Positions 1 to 9,300 of a stretch of 32,000 nt of DNA are shown here, piece after piece (position 1 is the stretch's first letter; every line of letters begins with the position of its first letter). The stretch is from Geotalea daltonii FRC-32. Its GTDB lineage: Bacteria; Desulfobacterota; Desulfuromonadia; Geobacterales; Geobacteraceae. The notes below the pieces were generated by a model, which was given only the letters and a program-made list of their open reading frames with translations, was not told the origin of the DNA and ran no database searches. The stretch is from NCBI RefSeq assembly GCF_000022265.1, contig NC_011979.1, positions 2,550,001 through 2,582,000 on the forward strand, in the 5' to 3' direction. Position numbers and translations under genes: made by a program.

Positions 1-145
1 TTAAACCACCTTCTTCTTCTAGTTAACCATAAAATCTCAGGAAAGGAACCATATTAGCCCTGGTAATTTTACGCTCGAATTGTCTTTACCTCCTGCGGTA
101 TTTGCCGAAAAGAAATGCATCTCTTTTCATTTACGGGGGAAGATC

Positions 146-544
146 ATGCAGCTGGTAAAATGGGATAATACTCTGACTTTAGGTGTTGAGCCGTTTGACG
201 ACCATCACAAGCACCTGGTATGTCTTCTTAATGAGACCTATGACCTGTTCATTGCGGGCGAAAAGCCGTCATCTCTGGAAGAGGTAATCGATGAACTTAT
301 CGATTATGCCACCTACCACTTTTCCTCGGAAGAGCTGTGGATGGTCAAATTGAATTATCCAAAACAGGAAGAACACAAGAAACAGCACGAGGAGTTTTCA
401 TCTCGGGTGGTGAATTTTCAGCGAGATTTGATACAGAAAGGAAGCACCTCGACACTGGAAGTGCTCAGCTTTCTACAGCGATGGCTTGTGGAGCACATAA
501 AGCACAGTGATGGAGAGTACAGCAGGTTTATCCATAATGGATGA
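146..544 (+). CDS. Single-domain bacteriohemerythrin-like (HHE cation-binding) protein, 132 aa
   Basis: In-frame part of ORF 80..544. The N-terminus MQLVKWDNTLTLGVEPFDDHHKHL and later His/Glu/Asp pairs (ATYHFSSEE, HKKQHEEF, VEHIKHSD) fit the hemerythrin four-helix metal-ligand pattern. The ATG at 146 follows GGGGGAAG (135-142). The TTG at 80 has no such support. Confidence 0.8.
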   Translation: MQLVKWDNTLTLGVEPFDDHHKHLVCLLNETYDLFIAGEKPSSLEEVIDELIDYATYHFSSEELWMVKLNYPKQEEHKKQHEEFSSRVVNFQRDLIQKGSTSTLEVLSFLQRWLVEHIKHSDGEYSRFIHNG

Positions 545-573
545 CTTTGAGCGGCCGGCCATGGGTGAAGTAT

Positions 574-1281
574 TTATTTCTCACCTGTATAGACAGTGGC
601 GATACCCAGTGTCAGGTCGTGGTGCTGGGTATTTTTAAAACCAACTCCGGCCATGGTAGCTTTGAACTGATCCTGGGAGGGGAATTCAATTACAGAGTCG
701 GGCAGGTATTTATAAGCGCTGAATTTCGAGAAGAGCCCGCCTATGACGGGCAGGACCTTGAGAAAATAAAAGTGATAAAGGTGCTTAAACAGTACAAAGC
801 GCGGTGTGGAAAACTCCAGTATCACCACTCTGCCTCCAGGTTTAAGGACACGGTACATTTCCTTGAGCCCCTGGGACCGGTCAACAACATTTCTGATGCC
901 AAAGGCGATGGTAATGGAATCAAAACTGTCATCGGCAAAGGGAATATCTTCGCAAGGAGCAACCTGCATGTTTATGCGTCCTGCGTAGGACGAGGCAGCC
1001 ACCTTCTGTTTCCCCAACTCAACCATTTCACCGCTGAAATCGATGCCTGTAATGGAAACTGACGACGGCGTCCGGGCTGCTATTTCCAATGCCACATCTC
1101 CCGTGCCGGTGGCGACATCGAGTATGCGGCCATTGGGTGCATATTTGATTTTCTTGACGGCAAAGCGGCGCCAGCTTCGGTCTATGCCGAAACTCAGAAC
1201 CCTGTTGAGAAAGTCATAGCGGGGGGCGATAGTGTCGAACATTTCCTGGATCTTTTCACCCTTTTCCGTGAGTTTAAACAT
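574..1281 (-). CDS. ubiE: Demethylmenaquinone/ubiquinone C-methyltransferase (UbiE/MenG, COQ5 family), 235 aa
   Basis: ORF 574..1377 minus. MFKLTEKGEKIQEMFDTIAPRYDFLNRVLSFGIDRSWRR, the SAM motif ILDVATGTGD and LKPGGRVVILEFS are characteristic of UbiE/MenG. The ATG at 1281 is preceded by GGTAGGGAAA, and the resulting length fits the family. The upstream 32 codons look like read-through. Confidence 0.9.
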   Translation of the reverse strand: MFKLTEKGEKIQEMFDTIAPRYDFLNRVLSFGIDRSWRRFAVKKIKYAPNGRILDVATGTGDVALEIAARTPSSVSITGIDFSGEMVELGKQKVAASSYAGRINMQVAPCEDIPFADDSFDSITIAFGIRNVVDRSQGLKEMYRVLKPGGRVVILEFSTPRFVLFKHLYHFYFLKVLPVIGGLFSKFSAYKYLPDSVIEFPSQDQFKATMAGVGFKNTQHHDLTLGIATVYTGEK

Positions 1282-1460
1282 TTTCCCTACCTTTTTAACC
1301 ACATAAATGATATAAGTCCGGTTGTTTTGTATCCGGCACTTGGGAGACAAAATTTTTAACACAAAGGTGGCATGCATACCAGAAAAATGTTACTCCGGCT
1401 CAACCGATAGAGCCGTAGCAAGGCGTCAGGTCCAACCCCTGCCGTAACCGAGGGTTACAG

Positions 1461-2870
1461 TTGTTTTCCTATTTTCGCCCCCAAGATATCGCGGACATAC
1501 TGATCATGAGTTTTCTTGTCTACCAGCTGTACAGCTGGTTCAAGAATACCAGAGCACTGCAGGTGGTAATCGGCCTCGGCTTTCTCGGTCTTCTCTATGT
1601 GATAACCAAGAACCTGGGGTTGTTCATGACCAGTTGGATACTCCAGGAACTGGGGACGGTTCTCTTCATCCTCCTTATTGTCATCTTCCAGGGCGAAATA
1701 CGTCAGGCACTTTACCGTTTCAGTCTTTTGAGGAACCTCTTCGATCGCCAGGACAACCCATCCCAAATTGACATTATGGATCTGGCCAATACTGTTTTCT
1801 CTCTGGCTCAGGAGAAGACAGGCGCACTGATCGTTTTTCAGCGTAGAGAGAACCTGGATGACTACCTTTTGCATGGTATCCAGTTGGACAGTCTACCCTG
1901 CAGCCAGCTCTTGATGAGTATCTTCAGGGATGGAGCTCCGTTGCATGACGGCGCCGTCATCATACGGGAAGGTCGCATTGCCCAGGCTTCCTGTCATTTG
2001 CCCCTTTCCTCCAGCACCGACATCCCCCAATATTTCGGCACCAGACATCGCGCCGGGCTAGGCTTGACCGAGCGTTCAGATGCTGCTGTCATAATCGTAT
2101 CGGAAGAGAGAGGAACGGTTTCCCTTGCTCTCGGCGGTGAGCTATCTCGAATGGATTCCCCGGAAGAGCTGTATGACACGCTCAACACCATTCTTTCTCC
2201 TCCCGTTCAGGAAGTAAGTACGACCACCCTACGTCGCAAGCTTTTTGGTAATATTGTGCCAAAGATGGCCATACTGCTCTTTGTTCTTGCATGCTGGCTG
2301 TTGATAACGTCACGCCAGGGAGCAATCCTTACTGTCAATGCGCCGGTAAAATTTCATAACCTCCCCAAAGAACTGGCTTTAATAAAAACTACCCCTGAAG
2401 AGATTGAGGTGCAGCTGAAGGTCTTTTCCAATCTTATTCCTTCGCCTAAAGAGATGGATATAATTGCCGATGTTGACCTGTCTCGGGCTAAGGAAGGGGT
2501 AAACAACATTGCTATCCGCAGTGAAGAGATAAAGCTCCCGCCTGGCGTTATTATTGCCGGACTTAGCCGCTCCACGATCAGGGTGGTTGCAGATAAAAAA
2601 ATTATCCGTCATATAACGGTGAAAGCCGGCACTGTGTCAAGACTGCCGGGGAAGCTGCGGCTTCGATCCGCAAAGGTGGACCCACCCACTGTTGTTGTTG
2701 AGGGTCCTGCCCATGTGGTGAATCAGTTCGATCAGGTGCAGACCGAGGAGATTGATTTGTCTTTAATACGGCAAAGCACAATGCTTGAGAGGAGGGTGCT
2801 TTCCCCATCGCCCCAGTTGAGAGTGTTGAGGGATGAACCTGTAAAAGTCCGTGTTTTAACAGGGCGCTGA
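1461..2870 (+). CDS. cdaA: Diadenylate cyclase CdaA (three N-terminal TM helices plus DAC domain) fused in one frame to a TM helix and YbbR/CdaR-like repeat domain, 469 aa
   Basis: DAC motifs LHDGAVIIREGRI and GTRHRAGLGLTERSDAAVIIVSEERGTVSLA. After about residue 255 comes a hydrophobic helix (KMAILLFVLACWLLI), then a YbbR-like beta-rich region (VNAPVKFHNLP..., TVVVEGPAHVVNQ...). There is no stop between the two parts. The TTG start at 1461 has GAGGG 6 nt upstream. Confidence 0.85.
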   Translation: MFSYFRPQDIADILIMSFLVYQLYSWFKNTRALQVVIGLGFLGLLYVITKNLGLFMTSWILQELGTVLFILLIVIFQGEIRQALYRFSLLRNLFDRQDNPSQIDIMDLANTVFSLAQEKTGALIVFQRRENLDDYLLHGIQLDSLPCSQLLMSIFRDGAPLHDGAVIIREGRIAQASCHLPLSSSTDIPQYFGTRHRAGLGLTERSDAAVIIVSEERGTVSLALGGELSRMDSPEELYDTLNTILSPPVQEVSTTTLRRKLFGNIVPKMAILLFVLACWLLITSRQGAILTVNAPVKFHNLPKELALIKTTPEEIEVQLKVFSNLIPSPKEMDIIADVDLSRAKEGVNNIAIRSEEIKLPPGVIIAGLSRSTIRVVADKKIIRHITVKAGTVSRLPGKLRLRSAKVDPPTVVVEGPAHVVNQFDQVQTEEIDLSLIRQSTMLERRVLSPSPQLRVLRDEPVKVRVLTGR

Positions 2871-2880
2871 CACCTTGGGG

Positions 2881-2909
2881 TTGACAAGATCAAAAATTTG
2901 TTATATAAA
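2881..2909 (+). promoter_or_regulatory. Sigma-70-type promoter for the LysM/NlpC-P60 gene
   Basis: TTGACA (2881-2886), a 17-nt spacer, then TATAAA (2904-2909). The RBS AAAGGAGGG lies at 2939-2947, ahead of the ATG at 2952. Confidence 0.55.
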
Positions 2910-2951
2910 AGGAACAATTTTAATGTGATTGTAGAACAGAAAGGAGGGTAG

Positions 2952-3992
2952 ATGGCTAATTACATTAGGTATATATTAATCTGTGTCATTATTCTTACTT
3001 TTCCTTCTTTTGTCTTTGCAGCAAAAACTCACCGGGTAAAAAAGAACGAAACCCTTTTCAGTCTTGCCAAAAAATACCACGTCACAGTTCAAGATATCAA
3101 ATCCACCAACAATCTGGTTAGCAGTCATATAAAACCGAAACAGGTTCTTGTTATTCCTCCCCGCTCCGTAGAGGCTTCCTCCGCCGAGCGCAGAGAGAGC
3201 AAAACCAAGGTCAGCACCTACAAGGTGAAAAAAAGCGAAACCCTTTCGCGTATTGCTAAAAAGACAGGCGTTTCGGTAAGCGAGCTGAAACGTCTGAACA
3301 ATCTGAGCAAAAGCAAGGTAAGACCTGGAACCGTTCTGGTTCTGCGAGAGCGAGAGACTACGGACGAGGCTCCGGTACAGCGGACCGCCAAAAAGCTCCA
3401 GCTACGCCACAGCGACCTGTTCAACGAGAAGGATTACGAACAGAGCCTGGCCGAGCTCACTGAACTTGATCCTGATCAAAAAGTAGATCTGAAAAAAAGT
3501 GCCGAACTTAAAGTCGATAATATTCAGGAACTGAAGAAATCTGCCTATGGCTTTCTCGGCACCAGGTATCGTTTCGGTGGCAGCTCAAGGAGCGGTATCG
3601 ACTGTTCCAGTTTTGTCCAGCAGGTATTTCGCGAGCTGGAAGTGTCCCTTCCAAGAACTGCACGTGAACAGTTCGGCATGGGGGCTGAGGTTGCACCTGG
3701 CGATCTGCAGAAGGGGGATCTGATTTTCTTTCGCACCTACGCTTCCTATCCTTCCCATGTTGGCATCTATCTGGGCAACAATAAAATGATCCATGCTTCA
3801 TCAAAAGATCGCCGTGTCGTGGTTTCTCCCATCAATACCTATTATTACCGTTCCCGCTTCATCGGGGCTAAAAGAATTGTGGAAATAAATCCGGACATTT
3901 TCAAATTTGATGACCTTCTTCTTGGTGTAGAAGAAGAAACCATGGATGATGTGATTGCCAATGATTCCTTGGGCCTGACACAGGCAAAATAA
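2952..3992 (+). CDS. Secreted peptidoglycan endopeptidase with two LysM domains and a C-terminal NlpC/P60 domain, 346 aa
   Basis: Signal peptide ILTFPSFVFAAK. Two LysM repeats (HRVKKNETLFSLAKKYHVTVQDIKSTNNL; YKVKKSETLSRIAKKTGVSVSELKRLNNL). NlpC/P60 core YRFGGSSRSGIDCSSFVQQVF ... SHVGIYLGNNKMIHAS with the catalytic Cys/His pattern. Confidence 0.9.
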   Translation: MANYIRYILICVIILTFPSFVFAAKTHRVKKNETLFSLAKKYHVTVQDIKSTNNLVSSHIKPKQVLVIPPRSVEASSAERRESKTKVSTYKVKKSETLSRIAKKTGVSVSELKRLNNLSKSKVRPGTVLVLRERETTDEAPVQRTAKKLQLRHSDLFNEKDYEQSLAELTELDPDQKVDLKKSAELKVDNIQELKKSAYGFLGTRYRFGGSSRSGIDCSSFVQQVFRELEVSLPRTAREQFGMGAEVAPGDLQKGDLIFFRTYASYPSHVGIYLGNNKMIHASSKDRRVVVSPINTYYYRSRFIGAKRIVEINPDIFKFDDLLLGVEEETMDDVIANDSLGLTQAK

Positions 3993-4016
3993 AATCGTAC
4001 CTCCCCGAGGTAAAAA

Positions 4017-4046
4017 AGATCCGGCCTGTGGCTGGGTCTTTTTTTT
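4017..4046 (+). terminator. Rho-independent terminator after the NlpC/P60 gene
   Basis: AGATCCGGCC (4017-4026) pairs with GGCTGGGTCT (4030-4039). The stem is 9-10 bp including two G-U pairs and runs into a run of eight T (4039-4046). Confidence 0.7.
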
Positions 4047-4071
4047 ATGCAAAACTGCTGATGGAGAAACC

Positions 4072-5736
4072 TTGACCCAGGTACTTCTTGCATATAAATC
4101 AAATAGTGCTGGTGCAAATGATCCATATACCTCCCTGCTGCCTGTAGGTCTTGGATATATCAACGCAGTATTGAACAGCCACGGATATGCTTCCCAAATG
4201 GCCAATTTTTCCAAGTTCAGCTGGAAAGAGACGGAATCCATAATTTCCCGAATGCGTCCCCAAGTCCTGGGCATTGCGCAATTTACCCATAACAGATTCG
4301 AGTCAGTGAAACTGGCCGCTTTGGCTAAAAAAATCAATCCCGCTACCTTTGTTGTTTTTGGTGGTCCCCATGCCACACATCAATACCGGGAGATACTCGA
4401 CCGCCATAAGCAAGTGGATGCGGTAGTGCTGGGGGAGGGGGAGGAGAGTTTCCTTGAATTAGTGGCAACTCTTAAGGATGAGACCCCGCGCCTCGCAGAG
4501 ATAAAAGGTATAGCTTTCCGCACTGCTAATGGCATTATTTCCACTACTGCAAGGCCACCCATTGCCGATCTTGACTCAGTCCCATTTCCGGCAGCATATA
4601 TGGACAACGCCTTGGGGGTGGATCTGCACCGGCAGCTGGAGTTCATTATCACCTCACGGGGCTGCCCGGCAGCCTGCCTGTTTTGTTCGTCTCCCCTCTT
4701 CTGGGGAAAATCATTACGTCTGCGTTCGCCACGCAATATGGTTGATGAAATAACCCTTATCCGTAATCGCTGTGGGTTGATCTATTTTTCCATCCGCGAT
4801 GATACCTTCACTGCCGACAAGGGCAGAGTCATGGAGTTCTGTCGACTTCTTCGTAAGGAAAAGGTCTTTATTCTCTGGAACTGTCAATCCAGGGTCAGTG
4901 CTGTCGACGAAGAGCTGCTTTTTGCAATGAAGCGGGCAGGTTGCGAATGTATCCAGTTCGGAGTCGAATCAGGGTCTCCACGCATTTTAAAGGCGCTGGG
5001 CAAAGGGATCAATACCGAACAGGTCAGAAAGGCCTCTGCTTTGGTGAGGAAAGCAGGCATGAACCTGTCCATTTATTTGATTACCGGGGTGAAAAACGAG
5101 GTTGATGCCGATACCGATGCCACAATCAAGCTGGTAGAAGCTATTCAAGCCCATGATGGGCAGGTATCGCCATTGGCATACTATCCAGGTACGGGGATTT
5201 TCAGCAAAGATGTTAAAGCTGGAGTAATCGGCAGGGAAATATTCAATGAAGATAGACATGAAGCGCTCTATGTGCGAGATGATGCCTTTGTCGGATCTTC
5301 AACACAGCGGTTGCTGGAAACGGTCGCCAAGGTCGGAAAGGGAGCCGGATATGGTGAAAGGGATTTTCAGTCCCATAAGAAATTGCTCGGCTATTGCCAT
5401 GCTACCAACATCATGTCTGGAGAGATGTATGAGGATGAAGGACGATGGCAACTGGCAGAGAGAGAATACCGTGAGATAGCCGAAAGGGAGCCGGAAAACC
5501 CATGGGGTTGGCTTCTTCTTGGGGCTCTATATGGAAGATTGGGCGCCCTGGAGAAGGCCTGTAGCAAATACAAACGGGTTCTGACTGTTGTTCCGGCCCA
5601 TGCCCCGGCTTTCTCAGATCTGGGAGAACTGATGATGCTGATGGGCAAGACTTGGGAGGGTATGGAATATTTTAAAAGAGCTCTTGAGCTAAACCCATAT
5701 GATCCAAGAGCGAAGCAAGCACTCAAGACCAGATAG
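4072..5736 (+). CDS. B12-binding-domain radical SAM protein with C-terminal TPR repeats, 554 aa
   Basis: N-terminal cobalamin-binding-like region (FVVFGGPHATH ... VVLGEGEESFLELV). Radical SAM cluster motif SRGCPAACLFCSSP (CxxxCxxC). The last ~110 aa are TPR-like (WLLLGALYGRLGALEKACSKYKRVL ... YFKRALELNPYDPRA). The TTG start at 4072 has GGAGA 4 nt upstream. Confidence 0.85.
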   Translation: MTQVLLAYKSNSAGANDPYTSLLPVGLGYINAVLNSHGYASQMANFSKFSWKETESIISRMRPQVLGIAQFTHNRFESVKLAALAKKINPATFVVFGGPHATHQYREILDRHKQVDAVVLGEGEESFLELVATLKDETPRLAEIKGIAFRTANGIISTTARPPIADLDSVPFPAAYMDNALGVDLHRQLEFIITSRGCPAACLFCSSPLFWGKSLRLRSPRNMVDEITLIRNRCGLIYFSIRDDTFTADKGRVMEFCRLLRKEKVFILWNCQSRVSAVDEELLFAMKRAGCECIQFGVESGSPRILKALGKGINTEQVRKASALVRKAGMNLSIYLITGVKNEVDADTDATIKLVEAIQAHDGQVSPLAYYPGTGIFSKDVKAGVIGREIFNEDRHEALYVRDDAFVGSSTQRLLETVAKVGKGAGYGERDFQSHKKLLGYCHATNIMSGEMYEDEGRWQLAEREYREIAEREPENPWGWLLLGALYGRLGALEKACSKYKRVLTVVPAHAPAFSDLGELMMLMGKTWEGMEYFKRALELNPYDPRAKQALKTR

Positions 5737-5744
5737 AAAAAAAT

Positions 5745-5774
5745 AAGGGCGAAACCCTTGCGGATTTCGCCCTT
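5745..5774. terminator. Hairpin terminator between convergent genes (a T-tract exists only for the minus-strand lipoprotein gene)
   Basis: AAGGGCGAAA (5745-5754) and TTTCGCCCTT (5765-5774) form a perfect 10-bp stem. On the minus strand it is followed by TTATTTTTTT. On the plus strand no T-run follows. Confidence 0.65.
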
Positions 5775-5797
5775 GCTTCAACAGGATGAGATGTCTG

Positions 5798-6211
5798 TTA
5801 CTTTACAATTCTCAGGCCGGGAGCAAAAATGATCTTGTCGAAGGTGCGCTTCAACGTTTTGCTCTGGAAATTTACCATCGGCGGAGAATCCGGGAATTCG
5901 ACCATGTCGCCAACGCTCACTTTAGTTTGCATAACGGCAACCCAAAGTTTCTGGCCATTCTCTTCAACCTGGGCATAAGTGTAGCCGCCAGAGTCCATTG
6001 TCTCAAGTACCTTGCCTTTGTGTCCTGCACCAGCAGGAATTTCCTGAGGTTTCAGGCCGGCATGGGGATCGCCGCCCGGAGTACCAGCCGGTGCCTGCTG
6101 TGTGGGGGCGCCACCTTGGGGTGCCTGACCTTGAGGGGCTTCTTCTTTTTTCTTGCAACCGGTTACTGCAAGTGCAGCGATTGCCAGCACGACTACCAAT
6201 GTCTTCTTCAC
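5798..6211 (-). CDS. Lipoprotein of unknown function, with a Gln/Pro/Ala/Gly-rich linker and a conserved-looking C-terminal domain, 137 aa
   Basis: Lipobox LAVTGC after a signal peptide. The GTG start at 6211 has AGGAGG 6 nt upstream. The C-terminal GKVLETMDSGGYTYAQVEENGQKLWVAV ... FQSKTLKRTFDKIIF looks like a folded domain I cannot name. The opposite-strand ORF 5786..6250 is nonsense-like. Confidence 0.75.
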   Translation of the reverse strand: MKKTLVVVLAIAALAVTGCKKKEEAPQGQAPQGGAPTQQAPAGTPGGDPHAGLKPQEIPAGAGHKGKVLETMDSGGYTYAQVEENGQKLWVAVMQTKVSVGDMVEFPDSPPMVNFQSKTLKRTFDKIIFAPGLRIVK

Positions 6212-6325
6212 CGTAATCCTCCTGTTGGGATGTTTATTAAACTGGGGTAAAATAGCATACCTTCATTTTCTTTTACAATAAAAAATTACAGGTAACTCAC
6301 TTGATTTTTGAGTTTTCTGTGATTT

Positions 6326-9300
6326 CTATTTTCCGATGATGACCTCGCCGGTATTGGTAAATATCTTTGCCGGCAGTTCGAAAACCCGCCTGAATATGTC
6401 AAATACTCCCTTGGCCAGGTACTTCACCGGGATAGCGGAGACCTTGGGATCATCTATTTTACCCTTTGCTTCAAAGTAGGCTGTTACCAGTGTCTTGTCC
6501 TTTCCGGTAAGTATCCAACCGACAATGGGGATGCGGCTGACCACCTTGTCCACTGTCTGAAGCGGTTGAACACCGACAGTGGCATCGATTTCTTCCCTGG
6601 TCAGGTCGATTTTGCCTACACAGGAAATGTTCATGGCATCGCTATCAAGAAAAAAATCGCTGGTCGAGATTGTGCCGTCCTTGACTGCCAGAGTACCGGC
6701 AATACTGTTATATGGCATGCCGCCGGATACCATGTCCGGTAATTGCAGTTTGAGCAACTGGGATACATTGAGTATGGAAAATATTTTTGACAGTGTAGCG
6801 AATCTTCGCAGAGAGCCGTCTTCCATGTAGATCTTCAACGATCCAAGAGCTGTCCGCTTGATGTCTGCGCTGGTATTCCCTTTTGCCGAAAGCTCTCCCT
6901 GCAGACTAAGGGTTCCTGTGATTTCCTGCTTTTTCATACCGATGGCATGTGTGGCCTTTTCTGCCGAAACCCCATCCAGGTTGAAGCTGACCTGGTAATG
7001 GGGAGTGCCGTTTGATCCCGAGTCGAATCGTCCCTTGCCGGAGACATTACCGCCAAAAGCCGAGAAACCCAGTTGCTGCAGATATAATATTTTGTCTTCA
7101 AATAGTGCATCGGCTTTGAGGCCTTTAAATTCAAGGTCCCGGTATTTTCCTGAAGCTGCTTTGATTGAAGCCTTCATCTTCAGGTTAGTGGATGACTCAC
7201 TCTTGCCGGTGGGTTCCAGTTTAGACAACAACAGCAGGTCTTCAATATCCAGATTTGGAGAAGTGATGGCGACATCGATCTTTGGATTATCTATTTCCTT
7301 GACCATTCCCCTAACAGACAGGGATGTTTTCTTGATCTGGGTGGAAAGTTCCTTTATCTGCAGGTCTTTGTCTTTCAAAGAAATGGAAGCATGAAGTTTT
7401 TCAGCCAGCAGGGCTTTACCGGCTAGGTTATATCCCAAATCGGACAGATCCAGTGAAGGGGATGAGAAAGTCATGCTCAGAGTGGGATTTTTGAAGCCGG
7501 ATAAGGACCCTTTACCGGAGATGGTCGAACTGCCCATCTTGACCGATAGCTGGGATGTTTCCAACTGATCGCCTTTGAAGTGGATAACGCCGGACATGTT
7601 GCTCAGCATCTTAACCGGTTCTGGAGGCTTTACGGCAAAGCCGGAGAAGTGGATATCTCCTCCCCAGCGGAACTTGGCCAGATCGTTGCCTGGTCCTTTG
7701 CCGTGGACGGATGCCTTAAGCTTGCCTGTCGGACTGTACTGTCTGATGAAAGGGAGCATTGGCGTTATGTCCCCTGCTGAAAACATATTCGTCTGAAGGC
7801 CCAGGTTCAGGTTGTCCTGGCCCTTATAACTGTAACCGGCGCTGGCGGTAAGATGCAGAGGGCCAAGGTCGTAAGCCAGGTATGAAAGTATCGCTTCTTC
7901 CTTGTTGAGGCTTCCTCTGAAGGCTACTCTGTTGGCGCGTTTGGCCGGTTTATTGATGTAATTCCTGTAACTGTATGCAGTGTCAATAAGATTCCAGTCG
8001 CCGGAAAGATTATAACCGCTGGTGAATCCATTGCCTGCCAGGTTCAGCTCCGAATTTCCCGTAAAAGACAGGTACTTTTCGCGCCCCTGACCAAGAAGCC
8101 AGGCCACCTCCGCTTGGCGTGGGGTCATTTTCATGGTGAAAGGATAGGAGGATGGGGTCGTCAGGGGATAGTCGGCAATTTTGCCATCGAGGGTGAAAGG
8201 GGATGTGCCGAAGTTCCCCGACATGCGGATCAGGTTGAAATCCTTACCTCTCATTTCCAGGTCACCTTTGACCCTGTTGAATGTTGGAACCTGTGGGCCG
8301 AAGGAAACGATACCTTTATCAACCGTTCCTTTGATAAAGAGCACGTTATAGTTTTGCCCCAGTTCCATGTGCAGAATCTGGCTTATTCTCCCGTCAAGCC
8401 TGCCTTCATTAAGTTGGTAAGTACCACCCTTGATATGTTTTTCGATGAAGTCTGCTGTGTCGTCAACTATTATTCCATAGGGTATGTAACCGGCGAATTC
8501 CTCCAGCCTGAAAGTGGAAGTGACTGCCTGGGCAACAATGCGTGGATCTTTACTGTGCAGGTCCAGAATTGAGCAGCTTCCTTCGACATTGAGTTTGTCG
8601 ACGGTCAGATTGATGGACTTGACGGCGATGTCACGGTCAGTCAGCTCCATGGCGTAGCGAAAATGTGTGTTCCTTGGGGTCAGAACGGCATGAAATACCT
8701 GCGGGTAATCGAATCGCAAGGACGAAACCCTGACTTCTCCCTTTGAGGTGAAGGCCTCGAATTTACCTTTGACGTTCAAATCCGTATCGAAGCGACCCAT
8801 AACTTTCTTGAATGGAACATGGGCCATGTAATAAGGCCAAAATTGGGAAACATCAAAGTTGTCCGTCTTGATGTGCAAGTCAGCAATTGACTCCTTCAGT
8901 GGTCTGTCCCTGCGTGCAATCCTTACAGTACCGGAGACTGACAATTTGTTAGGCGCAGCTCCGCCTATGGATGCAGCCAGTTTGATCCGGCACTTTTTGC
9001 CCCTGGTCATATTGCCGAGATGCAGGTCGAGATCTTTTAGTCTGGTGGTCAATCCCGATGGCACTACCGACCGATCATCGAAATTGATTGTGCCTTTGTC
9101 CACCTTTATCTCTTTCAGGTGTACGGAAACCGATGAGTCTGTCTTTTCCAGGAGATCGTCAAAATTGAAGACACCTTTGTCATCCCTGCTTAAATTAATT
9201 TTTGGATGAGAGAGGATAATCTCATGGAGTGATACTCTTTTCTCCAGCAGAGGCAGCAGGTCAACCTTGAAGGTGATTTTCTCAGCGCTGACAAAATCGT

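Noticed and set aside
1-79. Possible 3' end of a minus-strand gene at the window start
   Set aside because: An in-frame stop occurs within 20 nt, so no meaningful partial ORF can be supported.
541-1062. 173-aa plus-strand ORF overlapping ubiE (also 806..988)
   Set aside because: It is antisense to a gene with clear UbiE/MenG motifs. It has no recognisable motifs and its composition is typical of an antisense frame.
1455-1874. 139-aa minus-strand ORF opposite the cdaA 5' region
   Set aside because: It overlaps the motif-rich cdaA frame entirely and has no RBS or family signal.
2910-2951. Possible c-di-AMP (ydaO-type) riboswitch upstream of the NlpC/P60-LysM hydrolase next to cdaA
   Set aside because: The predicted leader is only about 35-40 nt, far too short for that riboswitch class, and no conserved pseudo-two-fold motif is visible.
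5786-6250. 154-aa plus-strand ORF opposite the lipoprotein gene
   Set aside because: The minus-strand frame has an RBS, signal peptide, lipobox and terminator. The plus-strand frame is Cys/Arg-rich nonsense-like sequence.
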